Source of the DNA: a virus
UHGV virus genome: UHGV-0057186
Strand: one strand, 5' to 3'
Length of the DNA stretch: 64,000 nt
Positions 9,665 through 19,671 of the stretch are shown piece after piece (position 1 is the first letter of the stretch; each line of letters begins with the position of its first letter). Below the pieces are notes generated by a model, which was given only the letters and a program-made list of their open reading frames with translations, made no database searches and had not been told where the DNA came from. A program made the translations under genes and the position numbers.

Positions 9665-9889
9665 TTAATTGATTAACCAAGCATTGATAAGCACTAAACT
9701 ATATTGCGAATAAAATTCTGGACCAAAATGAAAAATCATATCATTTATAGTATCCATAATGTAATTCAATTTAATCATGTGTCCACACCCCATCGGTATT
9801 TGACCAAAGTCGCTGATTATCTGATCCTCGCCACAGCTTTTTGGTCGGAAGATTTTTCTCATACTTCCCATCAATAATAACATCAACAT
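9665..9889 (-). CDS. Hypothetical small protein; 5' end overlaps nrdG, true start probably internal
   Basis: 74-aa ORF in different frame from nrdG 3' end. Confidence 0.3.
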   Translation of the reverse strand: MLMLLLMGSMRKIFRPKSCGEDQIISDFGQIPMGCGHMIKLNYIMDTINDMIFHFGPEFYSQYSLVLINAWLIN

Positions 9890-10241
9890 ATTTAAGCATT
9901 TCTAGTTGTTTAATATCTTCAAACTTATATCCTGTCCACAACCAAATGCTTTTATTGGGATAAAGATTTTTAATAGTTTGAACCACAGAGTGAATCACGT
10001 CTCTGTTATCAGGATAGAGAGGGTCACCTCCGGTTATAGTCAATCCTTCTATATAATCATTATTCAAACATTCAATTAATTGTTCTAGTGTTTCACCAGT
10101 GAATGGAACACCATTTCTAGCATTCCATGTTGATTTATTATAACACCCTTCACATTTATGCAAACAACCTGTAACGAAAAGAACGGTCCTGCAGCCAGGA
10201 CCATTAACAAAATCGCAAGGATAAAATCTATCATAATTCAT
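9771..10241 (-). CDS. nrdG: Anaerobic ribonucleotide reductase activating protein (radical SAM)
   Basis: 156-aa ORF with CxxxCxxC radical-SAM cluster motif (GCLHKCEGC); 4-nt overlap with nrdD stop. Confidence 0.9.
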   Translation of the reverse strand: MNYDRFYPCDFVNGPGCRTVLFVTGCLHKCEGCYNKSTWNARNGVPFTGETLEQLIECLNNDYIEGLTITGGDPLYPDNRDVIHSVVQTIKNLYPNKSIWLWTGYKFEDIKQLEMLKYVDVIIDGKYEKNLPTKKLWRGSDNQRLWSNTDGVWTHD

Positions 10242-12055
10242 TGGTGCTTAACCCTATGCATGATTTCTTTATTTTTGCCGAGATTAAATCCGCGTTCGTT
10301 CGGATTTCCCAAATAACCACATGTTCTTCTTATTGTGTTCATCTTTTTAGGATCAGTTTCTCCACAAATAGAACAAACAAATCCGTTTTCAGTAGGAGTC
10401 ATTTCATGGGTACTTCCACATGTAAAACATTTATCTACTGGCATATTAACACCAAAATAATCTAAATGTTGTGCAGCATAATCCCAGACAGCCTCAAGAC
10501 CTTTTAGGTTATTTTTCATATCAGGAAGTTCAACATAAGAAATGTGACCACCTGTCGCAATGAAATGATATGGGGCTTCGCGAGAAATCTTTTCAAACGG
10601 AGTAATATTTTCTTCTACTGAAACATGGAAACTGTTAGTGTACCATCCTTTATCGGTAACATCTTTTACACTTCCATATTTTTCGGTATCAAGTTTACAG
10701 AAGCGATAACAAAGGTTTTCAGCAGGAGTCGAATACAAACTAAAAGCAAACCCAGTTCTTTCAGTCCACTGTTTAAGACGAGCATTCATTTTAGTCAAAA
10801 TTTCTTGTCCAATATCACGACCGACAAGAATATTCAATTCATGAATACCAATGTATCCTAGGGACACTGAACTTCTACCGTTTTTAAATAACTCAATTAT
10901 GTCGTCATCAGGTTTAAGACGAACCCCGAATGCACCTTCTTGGTAAAGAATAGGAGCAACAGTCGCTTTAACTCCTTTTAAGGAATTGATTCTACACATC
11001 AAAGCTTCAAAACACAGATCCATTCGTTCATTGAATAATTCAACAAATTTCTGTTCATTGAATTGTGTTCCAATATAAGAATCTAACGCGATGCGAGGAA
11101 GATTCAGTGTTACAACACCAAGATTATTACGTCCATCAAGAATTTCATTACCAGTCGAATCTTTCCATACGCTCAAGAAACTACGGCAACCCATTGGAGA
11201 AACAGGAATAGATGAACCAGTGATAGCTTTATTGTTCTTAGCTGAAATAATATCAGGATACATTCTTTTGCTTGCACACTCTAGAGCAAGCTGCTTAATA
11301 TCATAGTTCGGATCGTCTTTATAAAGATTAACACCTTCTTCAACGAACATAACAAGCTTAGGGAAAATAGGAGTTATTCCATCACGACCAAGACCTTTAA
11401 TGCGGTTTTTAAGAATTGCCTTCTGAATCATTCGTTCAGTCCAGTCAGTTCCCGTACCAAATGTAATTGTCACAAAAGGCGTTTGTCCGTTTGAACTAAA
11501 GAGAGTATTTACTTCATATTCATAAGCTTGGAATGCGTCATAGACATCTTTTTCTGTCTTAGATTGAGCATAATTCAACGCATCAGCGATTTGCCATTTT
11601 TCTGCATCTTCAACATGTTTTGCATAGGTGCGTTTAACATAAGGAGAAAGAACTTTATCGACATTCGCAAATGTAGTTCCGCCATACTGATGTGAAGCAA
11701 CCTGTGCAGTAATTTGTGCCATAATTGCAGTAGCAACGCCAATTGATTTAGGAGTTTCAATCTGCGCATTACCAAGCTTAAATCCGTTCTCAAGCATTCC
11801 TTTTAAATCTACTAAACAGCAATTAGTAAAAGGCAATGATATACTGTAATCTAAATCATGAAAATGAATTAATCCAACATTATGGGCATTTACAATATGA
11901 CTTGGAAGAATACGACAAGCGATATGTTTAGAAACAATACCGGCCATTAAATCTCTTTTTGTTGGAAAGACGCGAGAATCTTTGTTGGCGTTTTCTGTAT
12001 TTAATTCTTTATCTTTATTTGAAATAAAATTTAAAACATCTTTTTCTAAAGACAT
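10238..12055 (-). CDS. nrdD: Anaerobic ribonucleoside-triphosphate reductase NrdD, uninterrupted (no intron)
   Basis: 605-aa continuous ORF; C-terminal glycyl-radical motif RRTCGYLG and Zn-ribbon CFTCG...CSICG. Confidence 0.92.
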   Translation of the reverse strand: MSLEKDVLNFISNKDKELNTENANKDSRVFPTKRDLMAGIVSKHIACRILPSHIVNAHNVGLIHFHDLDYSISLPFTNCCLVDLKGMLENGFKLGNAQIETPKSIGVATAIMAQITAQVASHQYGGTTFANVDKVLSPYVKRTYAKHVEDAEKWQIADALNYAQSKTEKDVYDAFQAYEYEVNTLFSSNGQTPFVTITFGTGTDWTERMIQKAILKNRIKGLGRDGITPIFPKLVMFVEEGVNLYKDDPNYDIKQLALECASKRMYPDIISAKNNKAITGSSIPVSPMGCRSFLSVWKDSTGNEILDGRNNLGVVTLNLPRIALDSYIGTQFNEQKFVELFNERMDLCFEALMCRINSLKGVKATVAPILYQEGAFGVRLKPDDDIIELFKNGRSSVSLGYIGIHELNILVGRDIGQEILTKMNARLKQWTERTGFAFSLYSTPAENLCYRFCKLDTEKYGSVKDVTDKGWYTNSFHVSVEENITPFEKISREAPYHFIATGGHISYVELPDMKNNLKGLEAVWDYAAQHLDYFGVNMPVDKCFTCGSTHEMTPTENGFVCSICGETDPKKMNTIRRTCGYLGNPNERGFNLGKNKEIMHRVKHQ

Positions 12056-12867
12056 AATTCTAATTTATCCTTTTGAAATTCTTCGTCTAAATATGGGTTC
12101 CAACCCATTTTAAACCTTTTGATGAAATTATCAATTCTAAATTTTGGTAAGTTTAAATCCGCAAAAATAGATGATTTACTTTTAAAATCTGGACTTAAAT
12201 AATCATATAAAATTTCTGCGTATTTTAACCATAATATACAAGTACCAGATTTAATTGCTCTCGGAGTTTTCCAAGGTTTTACACCATACATCGGATTTCC
12301 ACTTCCTTTATGCCTGATAGAAGATGAAATTCCAATTTTAATTTTAGCTTCCTTTGTATGCGAAAATCCACGATGCGGATTTTCTTTCCAGTATTTTTTA
12401 GAAGCTTCTGATATTTTCTTTCTGGCTAAATTAGTATGATGCTTTCCATAAAATCCATGATTTTTGCCTTTATTACGATTTCTTTTAATCATGGTTATTG
12501 ATTGCTTTTCTCTAGTTTCTTTAGAAGGAGAAACACCGTACGTTGTAAATTGACCATCAGCATATGCTAAATTAAAATACTCTTTATTCCATACATCTTT
12601 TTCTATATTCTTTTGAAATTCAGCTTCAATGCTAGTTATTTGTTCATCTCCGACTAATTGAAAATATAATATTTCAACTTTCGGCGTTTCTTTCAACAGG
12701 GCTTTTTGAAATTCGGAAGATGACGAAGACGAATAATAAAATTTACCATTTTTATCAATAATATTCGTTCCGTCAAAAGTGCAATTAGTTTTACTTCCAA
12801 TGTAATAATATGGCGGGGTTTTAGCATTAATTCTATTAATAAATGATAGTTTATATACTACATTCAT
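12046..12867 (-). CDS. Free-standing GIY-YIG homing endonuclease (Seg-like)
   Basis: 273 aa; N-terminal VYKLSFINRINAKTPPYYYIGSKTN (GIY...YIG), downstream NUMOD-like repeats (GKNHGFYGKHHT, GFSHTKEAKIKIGISSS, GSGNPMYG); 10-nt overlap with nrdD start. Confidence 0.75.
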   Translation of the reverse strand: MNVVYKLSFINRINAKTPPYYYIGSKTNCTFDGTNIIDKNGKFYYSSSSSSEFQKALLKETPKVEILYFQLVGDEQITSIEAEFQKNIEKDVWNKEYFNLAYADGQFTTYGVSPSKETREKQSITMIKRNRNKGKNHGFYGKHHTNLARKKISEASKKYWKENPHRGFSHTKEAKIKIGISSSIRHKGSGNPMYGVKPWKTPRAIKSGTCILWLKYAEILYDYLSPDFKSKSSIFADLNLPKFRIDNFIKRFKMGWNPYLDEEFQKDKLELCL

Positions 12868-13337
12868 TTTAAACTCTTTCTAAGCTGCTTCTTGAATGAA
12901 GCTATTAATTGTGTTTTGGTGTCAGATTCATTATATTCAAATCCTCTTTGAAGCATCTCAGCCATCATTTCCTCTTTTCCTAAACGAGAAAATTCCTTTG
13001 ATTTATCTCCAACAAAGTTAGGGTGAATATTATTTTGGGTGTAATCGGATTTTAAATAAGTAAGTAAATTTTCTAACCATTCAAGATAATCAACACCTTG
13101 TCCCTTTAAGCCAGAACGATTAAATTTATGCTTCATTTGACCTTCTGCGGCATTACAGAGATTACAAAGCAATCCACGTACCTTTCCTGCTTTTGGTCCA
13201 TTTAATTCATGGTCATGGTCGAGGTGATTAGCTTGAACATCAGGATTTAGTTCTCGTTGGCAAATTAAGCATTTACCGTTTTGTGCATCATAAAATTTCT
13301 GTTTTTCTTCTTTATATAATTTGCCAGTCAATAACAT
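12864..13337 (-). CDS. 49: Endonuclease VII (Holliday junction resolvase)
   Basis: 157 aa; CLICQRELN...HLDHDHELNG...CNLCN motifs and length as in T4 gp49. Confidence 0.9.
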   Translation of the reverse strand: MLLTGKLYKEEKQKFYDAQNGKCLICQRELNPDVQANHLDHDHELNGPKAGKVRGLLCNLCNAAEGQMKHKFNRSGLKGQGVDYLEWLENLLTYLKSDYTQNNIHPNFVGDKSKEFSRLGKEEMMAEMLQRGFEYNESDTKTQLIASFKKQLRKSLK

Positions 13338-13378
13338 AATAAACCCTTACCTTAAATAGATAAGGGTATTTATTATTT

Positions 13379-13882
13379 TCAAGTATTGTAAAACATTTGA
13401 TTCAATCGCTTATATTGCCGAATCTTTTGGTCAGAAAAAGAAATTTGAGTTTCAAGCCATTCAATGTACTCTGCGGCAGCTTGCATTAAATTTCCTTCAT
13501 AGCCATCGTTATTTTCTTGTGCAGCTAATTTAGCTAATGCGTATGAAATACGTTCACCTTGAAAATCGGCTTTAGGCTTCTGAACAACTTGATTAGTTCG
13601 CTCTACAACTTCTTCAATTTCGCCATTTTCGACTGATTCAGTATTCCACAAGCACCAATACGTAATTGGCTTATCGTAGATGTTAATAATCTTTCCGCCG
13701 GAAAGTTCAATTTCAATAATTCCAGTATCAGGTTCTATATCATCTTCGCATTCTTTTGCAAGTTCACGAACTTTAAAGACAGTACCTGCACTAAGTTCCG
13801 GCCAGTAATTACACAGCCCTGTATCAGCACGATTAATTCTAAACCACTTATCTACTGTAATCATGTCCCATCTCCATATCAA
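13379..13882 (-). CDS. Hypothetical protein at the pin position (possible protease inhibitor Pin; start may be internal)
   Basis: 167-aa ORF immediately downstream of gene 49, as pin is in T4; identity by position and approximate length only. Confidence 0.45.
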   Translation of the reverse strand: MIWRWDMITVDKWFRINRADTGLCNYWPELSAGTVFKVRELAKECEDDIEPDTGIIEIELSGGKIINIYDKPITYWCLWNTESVENGEIEEVVERTNQVVQKPKADFQGERISYALAKLAAQENNDGYEGNLMQAAAEYIEWLETQISFSDQKIRQYKRLNQMFYNT

Positions 13883-13986
13883 TTAAGTCATTTATCGTTG
13901 GTTCATTATATACTGTTTCTTCATCAGTGTAAACCGGTTCTTCCGGCTCTGGCTCTACAGTTTCCCATCTAGCCGCCCACCAAGGT

Positions 13987-14181
13987 TTAACCCCGAAGCT
14001 TATTAAGTTCTTCATAACCAATCCAGGATTCTAATCCTGATGGCAGGTCACATTCAATTTCCCAAAGAAGTTCTTCAATTTTCTGAAGACGATCTAGTTC
14101 TTCAGCTGGAATAGTAACCATTGATGGAGTTCTTGATACACTAATATCGTAAATCATATTTACCCCAGTTTGACCATGCAA
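13987..14181 (-). CDS. Hypothetical small protein
   Basis: 64-aa ORF. Confidence 0.4.
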   Translation of the reverse strand: MHGQTGVNMIYDISVSRTPSMVTIPAEELDRLQKIEELLWEIECDLPSGLESWIGYEELNKLRG

Positions 14182-14375
14182 TCACCGTATTTCCACTTAG
14201 AAATAGACTTTTCACCATTAGAATAATAAACTTCGAGTTTAGCACGATTATTTTTAATTTGAATAACCTTGGCTGTCATCAAAGTTCCATACCCATAGTA
14301 AACTGCAACTTCATCACCTACATATACCGCGCTTCCGCGGTAATCATGGATATAATCAGTTCCTTCGAGCATCAT
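14160..14375 (-). CDS. Hypothetical small protein
   Basis: 71-aa ORF, overlaps nrdC stop by 4 nt. Confidence 0.45.
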   Translation of the reverse strand: MMLEGTDYIHDYRGSAVYVGDEVAVYYGYGTLMTAKVIQIKNNRAKLEVYYSNGEKSISKWKYGDCMVKLG

Positions 14376-14635
14376 TTAAAGTATTCCCGCAATTGGTCAA
14401 ATCCACCAATATGACTTCCATCAGGAGCAAATACCTGAGGCATCGTCAAGCCGATTTGAGTATCACGACCTAGTTTAGTCAGAAGCTCAGCGATTTTCTC
14501 ATCATCAAAAACACCTTTTTCCGGCATAATGTTGATAAATTCAAACGGTTGTTTCTTCACAGTCAAGAGACGTTTTGCATTATCGCAATACACACATTTA
14601 TGGATGTTGCTATCATAACCATATACTTTAAACAT
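14372..14635 (-). CDS. nrdC: Thioredoxin/glutaredoxin NrdC
   Basis: 87 aa MFKVYGYDSNIHKCVYCDNAKRLL..., matches T4 thioredoxin as I recall it (CVYC active site). Confidence 0.92.
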   Translation of the reverse strand: MFKVYGYDSNIHKCVYCDNAKRLLTVKKQPFEFINIMPEKGVFDDEKIAELLTKLGRDTQIGLTMPQVFAPDGSHIGGFDQLREYFK

Positions 14636-14636
14636 A

Positions 14637-14879
14637 TTATTCCTTAATTCCTAGTACTTGTTTAAAAGTCTCGTCGTAATCAAGACTTTGACCCGTTTGT
14701 TCTTTATGTTTGTATATAATATCACTTACTTCTGATAGCATATTTTTGTATGAACGAGTTAAAGCAGATTTAAGCACGCTGTATCTATCAGGAAATTTAC
14801 CATGTTCATTATAATAAGCTATTGCTAATTCACGGACTGCCTTTTCGGCAGTCTCCATATATTCTTTACGCTTGGTCAT
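14637..14879 (-). CDS. Hypothetical protein
   Basis: 80-aa ORF. Confidence 0.5.
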
Positions 14880-14881
14880 TT

Positions 14882-15250
14882 TTAATCCAAAATATTATTA
14901 GGCATTGGTTGAACACTCGCAAGTTCTTTAAAGAACTCAGTAGAGTCAGGTAATTTAACCATTTCCGGAGCATGCTTACTAAATTTATGTTTACAATGAC
15001 GACATTTATATTCAAGCTCTGGTTTACGCCAGTTAATCAATTGGACCTGTTCAGTACCGCACTCAGGACAATTAGGAACGTTTTTAGAAGCCCTTTCGCG
15101 ACGTTCAACCATAACCATAATAGCGTCCCATGCTGGAGGTTTAAAATCTAAATCGTCAGTAACTAGCAGTCCTTTATCAAACCCAGCGCATGGAGTCCAT
15201 TCAGGAAAATCTGAAGCTTCGGCAATATCTTCTAATAAGCGCTTTTTCAT
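14882..15250 (-). CDS. Zinc-ribbon protein (CPECG...CRHCKHKF)
   Basis: 122-aa ORF with two CxxC pairs. Confidence 0.5.
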
Positions 15251-16173
15251 TTCAGTACCTCAATAGCATCACGTAAACCATTTGCTTTGGCGGTTAAAGC
15301 CTTAATAACTTTAGTATGCTCTTCAATCTGTTTTTCAACTTCAATCAAACGGGCACTGAGATATTCGCGTTCTTCTTTCATAGTATCATTCCCATGATTG
15401 GGCTTTGGCGTAGGTTTAAATTTATTAGGGTCCTTTAACTTAATAACAACTTTAGTTTCAAACAGTGAAAGACCATAATTCGTATTATCATCAAAGGATT
15501 CAACTACGTCCATTTTAGACAATAACGTACGAAGATTATAAGTCAAAGAACGAATCGTTTTATTATGTTTATTAGCTTCACATGGTTTCATATATGGAAG
15601 ATTTTTATATATTTCATGCGGAGCACAAACAATAATTGACAATTCAAATGGTCCATTCTGTGATGATGGAATGAATTTAGCCGTAACCCAATCTTTTACA
15701 TTTACATTAATAGTACGATCATCGCCATGACAAAACAGTCTACGAGAATGCTTAAAAAGCATATTCACATTATTATTAAATTCGTGTGAAAACTCACTGG
15801 CAAATTTTTCTTTACTATTTTTAGAAAACCATTCTTCTAAATAAGTTCTTTTCACGTCGTTAATAATATTAAATGTAACAACATTAGCATTTGATACATT
15901 AGTCTCAATGTAGCTTGGATACATAAATTTTTTAACATTATTAACAGCTATCACAGAAGATAGTAATCGGGAACGTTTGAACCACTCGAGCAAAGAACCA
16001 AGAGAATGTGAATACGCATTTTGTGTATCTTTACAAATATGGTTTTCCCATCCAATATAGTCTAAAAAATCACGAAGAATATTATTGATTACTGCTCTGT
16101 GTCCGATCTGATAATTACGATGTTTAGTAATAAGACCATCAAAATAATCAATATAATGTTTACGAGTTTTCAT
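15247..16173 (-). CDS. Hypothetical protein with C-terminal coiled-coil tail
   Basis: 308-aa ORF; see paralog-array finding. Confidence 0.55.
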   Translation of the reverse strand: MKTRKHYIDYFDGLITKHRNYQIGHRAVINNILRDFLDYIGWENHICKDTQNAYSHSLGSLLEWFKRSRLLSSVIAVNNVKKFMYPSYIETNVSNANVVTFNIINDVKRTYLEEWFSKNSKEKFASEFSHEFNNNVNMLFKHSRRLFCHGDDRTINVNVKDWVTAKFIPSSQNGPFELSIIVCAPHEIYKNLPYMKPCEANKHNKTIRSLTYNLRTLLSKMDVVESFDDNTNYGLSLFETKVVIKLKDPNKFKPTPKPNHGNDTMKEEREYLSARLIEVEKQIEEHTKVIKALTAKANGLRDAIEVLK

Positions 16174-16225
16174 GTTCTTCTCACTTGGTTAATGGTTTAT
16201 ACTCCGAGCCATCCTTGGCTTTAAA

Positions 16226-17227
16226 TTACTTAATTAACTGTAAAGCTTGTTCAAGACGATCCAGGCGATTAACAGATTCTTCCCAAATCCTTTTAGCTTG
16301 CTCATATTCTTTCTGTGCTTTATTAGAAATTTCTAGAACTTCTTTATAAGCTTTTTCTAGTGCAATAACTTCTGGACGAATTTCTACTGGTTCAGGCGAA
16401 TCGTCAAGACATTCCATTAGTTCCTCAAGGGTAGTTTCTTCTTTAGGAGTATTCACAATTTCATCACATTTTTGTTGGTAAATTTCTTTATCAGTCGGTG
16501 AGTACGCACACTTTACTTCACGGAGACTAACTACAATTTTATATCCTTCCCAACCGCATATATTCTTAAAAGGATAAGTATGAATATTTTCTACTGTTTC
16601 CATACAAAGTAATGCGGTCTCTAACTGACGAGTTATATCGCTAGCAATTGAGAAAAATTTATTAATGTTCTTTTGATTAGCTTCTGGTGTAAAAAATTCA
16701 TAATTCACAAAAATAGCTGCTTTATTTTTATCAAGCTCATATTCTTTTATGATAATCATATCAGAAGCCCAAGGATGGATTTGACGATAATCACCATAGC
16801 ATAATTTAGAAGCTGATTTTAGAATTTGCTTCTTGAAAAGTCTAAAATTACTAATCCAACGACGAGTAAAAATATTCTCAGGGTCTTCTTTATTATTAAG
16901 ATGATAAGAATTAACATCACCGAACCAACTGTATCCTACTACATCTTTAGTTCGTTTAATTTCTTTCCCAAATTTACCAAGAATATCTTGATTAACTAAA
17001 TATGAAAGAAGACGAGAACCTTTAAAAGTTTCCTTAATATCATCTTTATATTCGCGACTAGAAATTTTATGAACTTCATGAATAAATTTGCTTGAAGAAA
17101 CAATACTTGCATCAATATTATTGAGCCATTGATTGATAATGGAAATAACACTATTCTGACTAAACACAGGTTTAACTTTATCATCAATAACGCTATTGAA
17201 TGATTTGATATATTCGTTACGAGTCAT
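16226..17227 (-). CDS. Hypothetical protein with C-terminal coiled-coil tail (start refined to ATG 17227, MTRNEYIK)
   Basis: ORF track start 17278 lies upstream of the promoter -10; ATG 17227 has gaggag RBS. Confidence 0.55.
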   Translation of the reverse strand: MTRNEYIKSFNSVIDDKVKPVFSQNSVISIINQWLNNIDASIVSSSKFIHEVHKISSREYKDDIKETFKGSRLLSYLVNQDILGKFGKEIKRTKDVVGYSWFGDVNSYHLNNKEDPENIFTRRWISNFRLFKKQILKSASKLCYGDYRQIHPWASDMIIIKEYELDKNKAAIFVNYEFFTPEANQKNINKFFSIASDITRQLETALLCMETVENIHTYPFKNICGWEGYKIVVSLREVKCAYSPTDKEIYQQKCDEIVNTPKEETTLEELMECLDDSPEPVEIRPEVIALEKAYKEVLEISNKAQKEYEQAKRIWEESVNRLDRLEQALQLIK

Positions 17228-17256
17228 ATTAATCTCCTCAGTAGAAAGTAAGAACA

Positions 17257-17285
17257 TTATACCACATCCTTGTGGCAAAGTAAAC
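17257..17285 (-). promoter_or_regulatory. T4-type early promoter (GTTTAC ... TGG-TATAAT)
   Basis: Minus strand GTTTACTTTGCCACAAGGATGTGGTATAATG. Confidence 0.6.
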
Positions 17286-18304
17286 TAGTTTAGTGCATTT
17301 AGTGCATTGTTCAGTTTAGAACGTTGCTTCGTAAGATTTTTGACTTTTTCTTGAGCTTTTTCTAGCATCTTTTCAGCTTCTAACACTTCATTAGTTGCTT
17401 TAACGAGTTCATCATCTACTGCCTTGATAGACTTCTCAATCGCATCCGCGTGCCATTTTTCAACAGGTTTAAAACTCGGATTTTCAACAGGAAGAAAATT
17501 CACTTTATTGAATTTCCATGTATCTTTATTACCTGAACTATACATCCAAAATTTAGGATCGTTTGATGAGTAATTGGATAAATTTAAGATATCTTGCACT
17601 TCCTGCTTTTTCTCTTGCGGGACTTCGTCCTTTCTCAAAAAATCGTATTTAAATGAAACGATCATATCAAGTTCATACGTTGTTGTATGTTCCCAATTTC
17701 GCTCAAAATGAGGTAAAATCTTAGACTGAACCGCGGCAACTACATCCATATACTTAAATGCTTCTGTCAACTGTGATTTAAGGCATTCACAAATTGAAAG
17801 AGAATTTTTTGTATTAGGTTTAAAGCTAATTCGTGCAGTTCTGTTATTTTCTTTTAATGGTCTTACTTCCATCTGAAGAGTATAACCATCAAATTTCAGA
17901 TTCTTTAAGTTAATATCAGAACCTTTTAATCGACTAGCCGTCGACAAAATTTGCTTTAATTGTTTACGGAATAGAGCAATAAATCTCCACTCAATACGAT
18001 AATGATTTGGATTGAAAAATCCAGATGATAAATCGACCTTACTCTGACCAACACCTTGAACAAATAGAGGATTTTTATAATCAATAGTTTTACAGAAATC
18101 AGTGAGCTGCTCACGAGCAGTCATTTGTGTAATATACCCCGCTTTACTAAAATGACGTAATAATTCACTGCTATTTAGATATTTAAAGTGAATAGCACGA
18201 TTAACTTTATCAGGGTCTAAATTATTTTCACACAAAAATGTCATAACATTACGAGTATCGCTGCCAGTACGAACCATATCTTCAATTTGAGAACGAGTTT
18301 TCAT
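17285..18304 (-). CDS. Hypothetical protein with C-terminal coiled-coil tail
   Basis: 339-aa ORF. Confidence 0.55.
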   Translation of the reverse strand: MKTRSQIEDMVRTGSDTRNVMTFLCENNLDPDKVNRAIHFKYLNSSELLRHFSKAGYITQMTAREQLTDFCKTIDYKNPLFVQGVGQSKVDLSSGFFNPNHYRIEWRFIALFRKQLKQILSTASRLKGSDINLKNLKFDGYTLQMEVRPLKENNRTARISFKPNTKNSLSICECLKSQLTEAFKYMDVVAAVQSKILPHFERNWEHTTTYELDMIVSFKYDFLRKDEVPQEKKQEVQDILNLSNYSSNDPKFWMYSSGNKDTWKFNKVNFLPVENPSFKPVEKWHADAIEKSIKAVDDELVKATNEVLEAEKMLEKAQEKVKNLTKQRSKLNNALNALN

Positions 18305-18312
18305 GGTGTTCC

Positions 18313-19215
18313 TTAAGATTTAAGTAAATCAACAATTTTAATTAACTTTTCACGCTCAGATTTAGCTTTACTACTCAGTCCAGATAGTCTGAAAATTTCA
18401 TCATCATATTGTTGAATAGAAATATTCAGCTCTTCAATCTGTTTATTAAAATAATCAATTTGTTCAGAATGTTTTTCGTTACTACGAACTGGTACAGGTT
18501 TTGTAGGCAATTTAGTTGAACTGGATTCATCCGGGCGATAAATTAAAACACAACTTGAACCAATAGGGCATTTTGCACCAGATGAATATTCTAATGTTCC
18601 AGCTTCTTTTAAAACTTCAAAAGCTAAACAGAGATGATGCCCCATATTAACATAATCTGTAGAGTGAGCTCTGATATAATAATCATCGCCACGAATACTA
18701 AATTTAAAGCATTTAAGGTCTTCTGTATTATTGGTCTTAAAAATCATTTGTTTATCTAGACCTTTAGCTAATCGAGCGCCTAATGCTAATAATCGTCGTT
18801 GATTTTCCCACAAATCTGCGATCATTTGGTCAAATGATAATTTCGGCATTAGTCGACCATAAAGGTCATATCCTTTATTATAATTGCGAAGGATTTCACT
18901 CGCATTAATACGAGACAACGCTCCAATTTTATTAAGGGCTTTCATGATGCGATTAGATAAACCCATTCCAGATCCGTTTGTTCGTTGCAAATGTTTATCT
19001 AATCCAAACCCAATATCAACTTTAAATTTATCTAAAATTTCAGCATGAACATCTCTGTCAATAACATTCAAATCCAAAGTTGGGTTAAATCTATGAAAAA
19101 ATTTATCTGGCTCTCCACGACGAAGTACAGTCCATTCATTTAATTTTTTATTAACTAAAGATTTAATTACTGCATTGACATTATTAATTACTACTGACAT
19201 ATTTTTCTCACTCAA
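18313..19215 (-). CDS. Hypothetical protein with C-terminal coiled-coil tail
   Basis: 300-aa ORF. Confidence 0.55.
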   Translation of the reverse strand: MSEKNMSVVINNVNAVIKSLVNKKLNEWTVLRRGEPDKFFHRFNPTLDLNVIDRDVHAEILDKFKVDIGFGLDKHLQRTNGSGMGLSNRIMKALNKIGALSRINASEILRNYNKGYDLYGRLMPKLSFDQMIADLWENQRRLLALGARLAKGLDKQMIFKTNNTEDLKCFKFSIRGDDYYIRAHSTDYVNMGHHLCLAFEVLKEAGTLEYSSGAKCPIGSSCVLIYRPDESSSTKLPTKPVPVRSNEKHSEQIDYFNKQIEELNISIQQYDDEIFRLSGLSSKAKSEREKLIKIVDLLKS

Positions 19216-19616
19216 TTTTCAATTTTACTAAATACACAGAATATGATGGAAAAGACTATATAAGCACCGAATACAGATTGAACTAATACCATTCCAAAGA
19301 ACCAAACAATATTATCAAACAATGTCTGTTTTACGTCGAAAGGACGTAAACTTACAGTAATATTATCACCTTTTTCTATTGAAGAATACATCTCTGGGGA
19401 AATATATTCACTAAATCTATAACCGTCTTTGAGTTCATATACAGCAATAAACGATAAACTAGACCCCTTTCCTTGAGTTCCTGTAAAGGTATTAACTACA
19501 GTAACATCATAATCTTTATAATGCATATAATCATTAATAGCATAATAACCATATGCAACTACTACACATAAACAACATATCAATAAATTCAATCTTTTAA
19601 TTATCAACTGTTTCAT
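19212..19616 (-). CDS. Membrane protein (N- and C-terminal hydrophobic helices)
   Basis: 134-aa ORF; LLICCLCVVVAYGYYAI and FFGMVLVQSVFGAYIVFSIIFCVF segments. Confidence 0.5.
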   Translation of the reverse strand: MKQLIIKRLNLLICCLCVVVAYGYYAINDYMHYKDYDVTVVNTFTGTQGKGSSLSFIAVYELKDGYRFSEYISPEMYSSIEKGDNITVSLRPFDVKQTLFDNIVWFFGMVLVQSVFGAYIVFSIIFCVFSKIEN

Positions 19617-19645
19617 AATAATCTCAATTAAAAGGGCTTAGAACC

Positions 19646-19669
19646 ATTATACCATCCTTGGTATAAAGC
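19646..19669 (-). promoter_or_regulatory. Candidate MotA-dependent middle promoter (GCTTTA box 12 bp upstream of TATAAT)
   Basis: Minus strand ccGCTTTAtaccaaggatggTATAATgg; spacing fits T4 middle-promoter architecture. Confidence 0.4.
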
Positions 19670-19671
19670 GG

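Noticed and set aside
10238-12055. Possible group I intron and intron-encoded endonuclease in nrdD, as in T4
   Set aside because: The nrdD reading frame is continuous over 605 codons with no interruption. The endonuclease gene present is free-standing and upstream of nrdD, not intron-borne.
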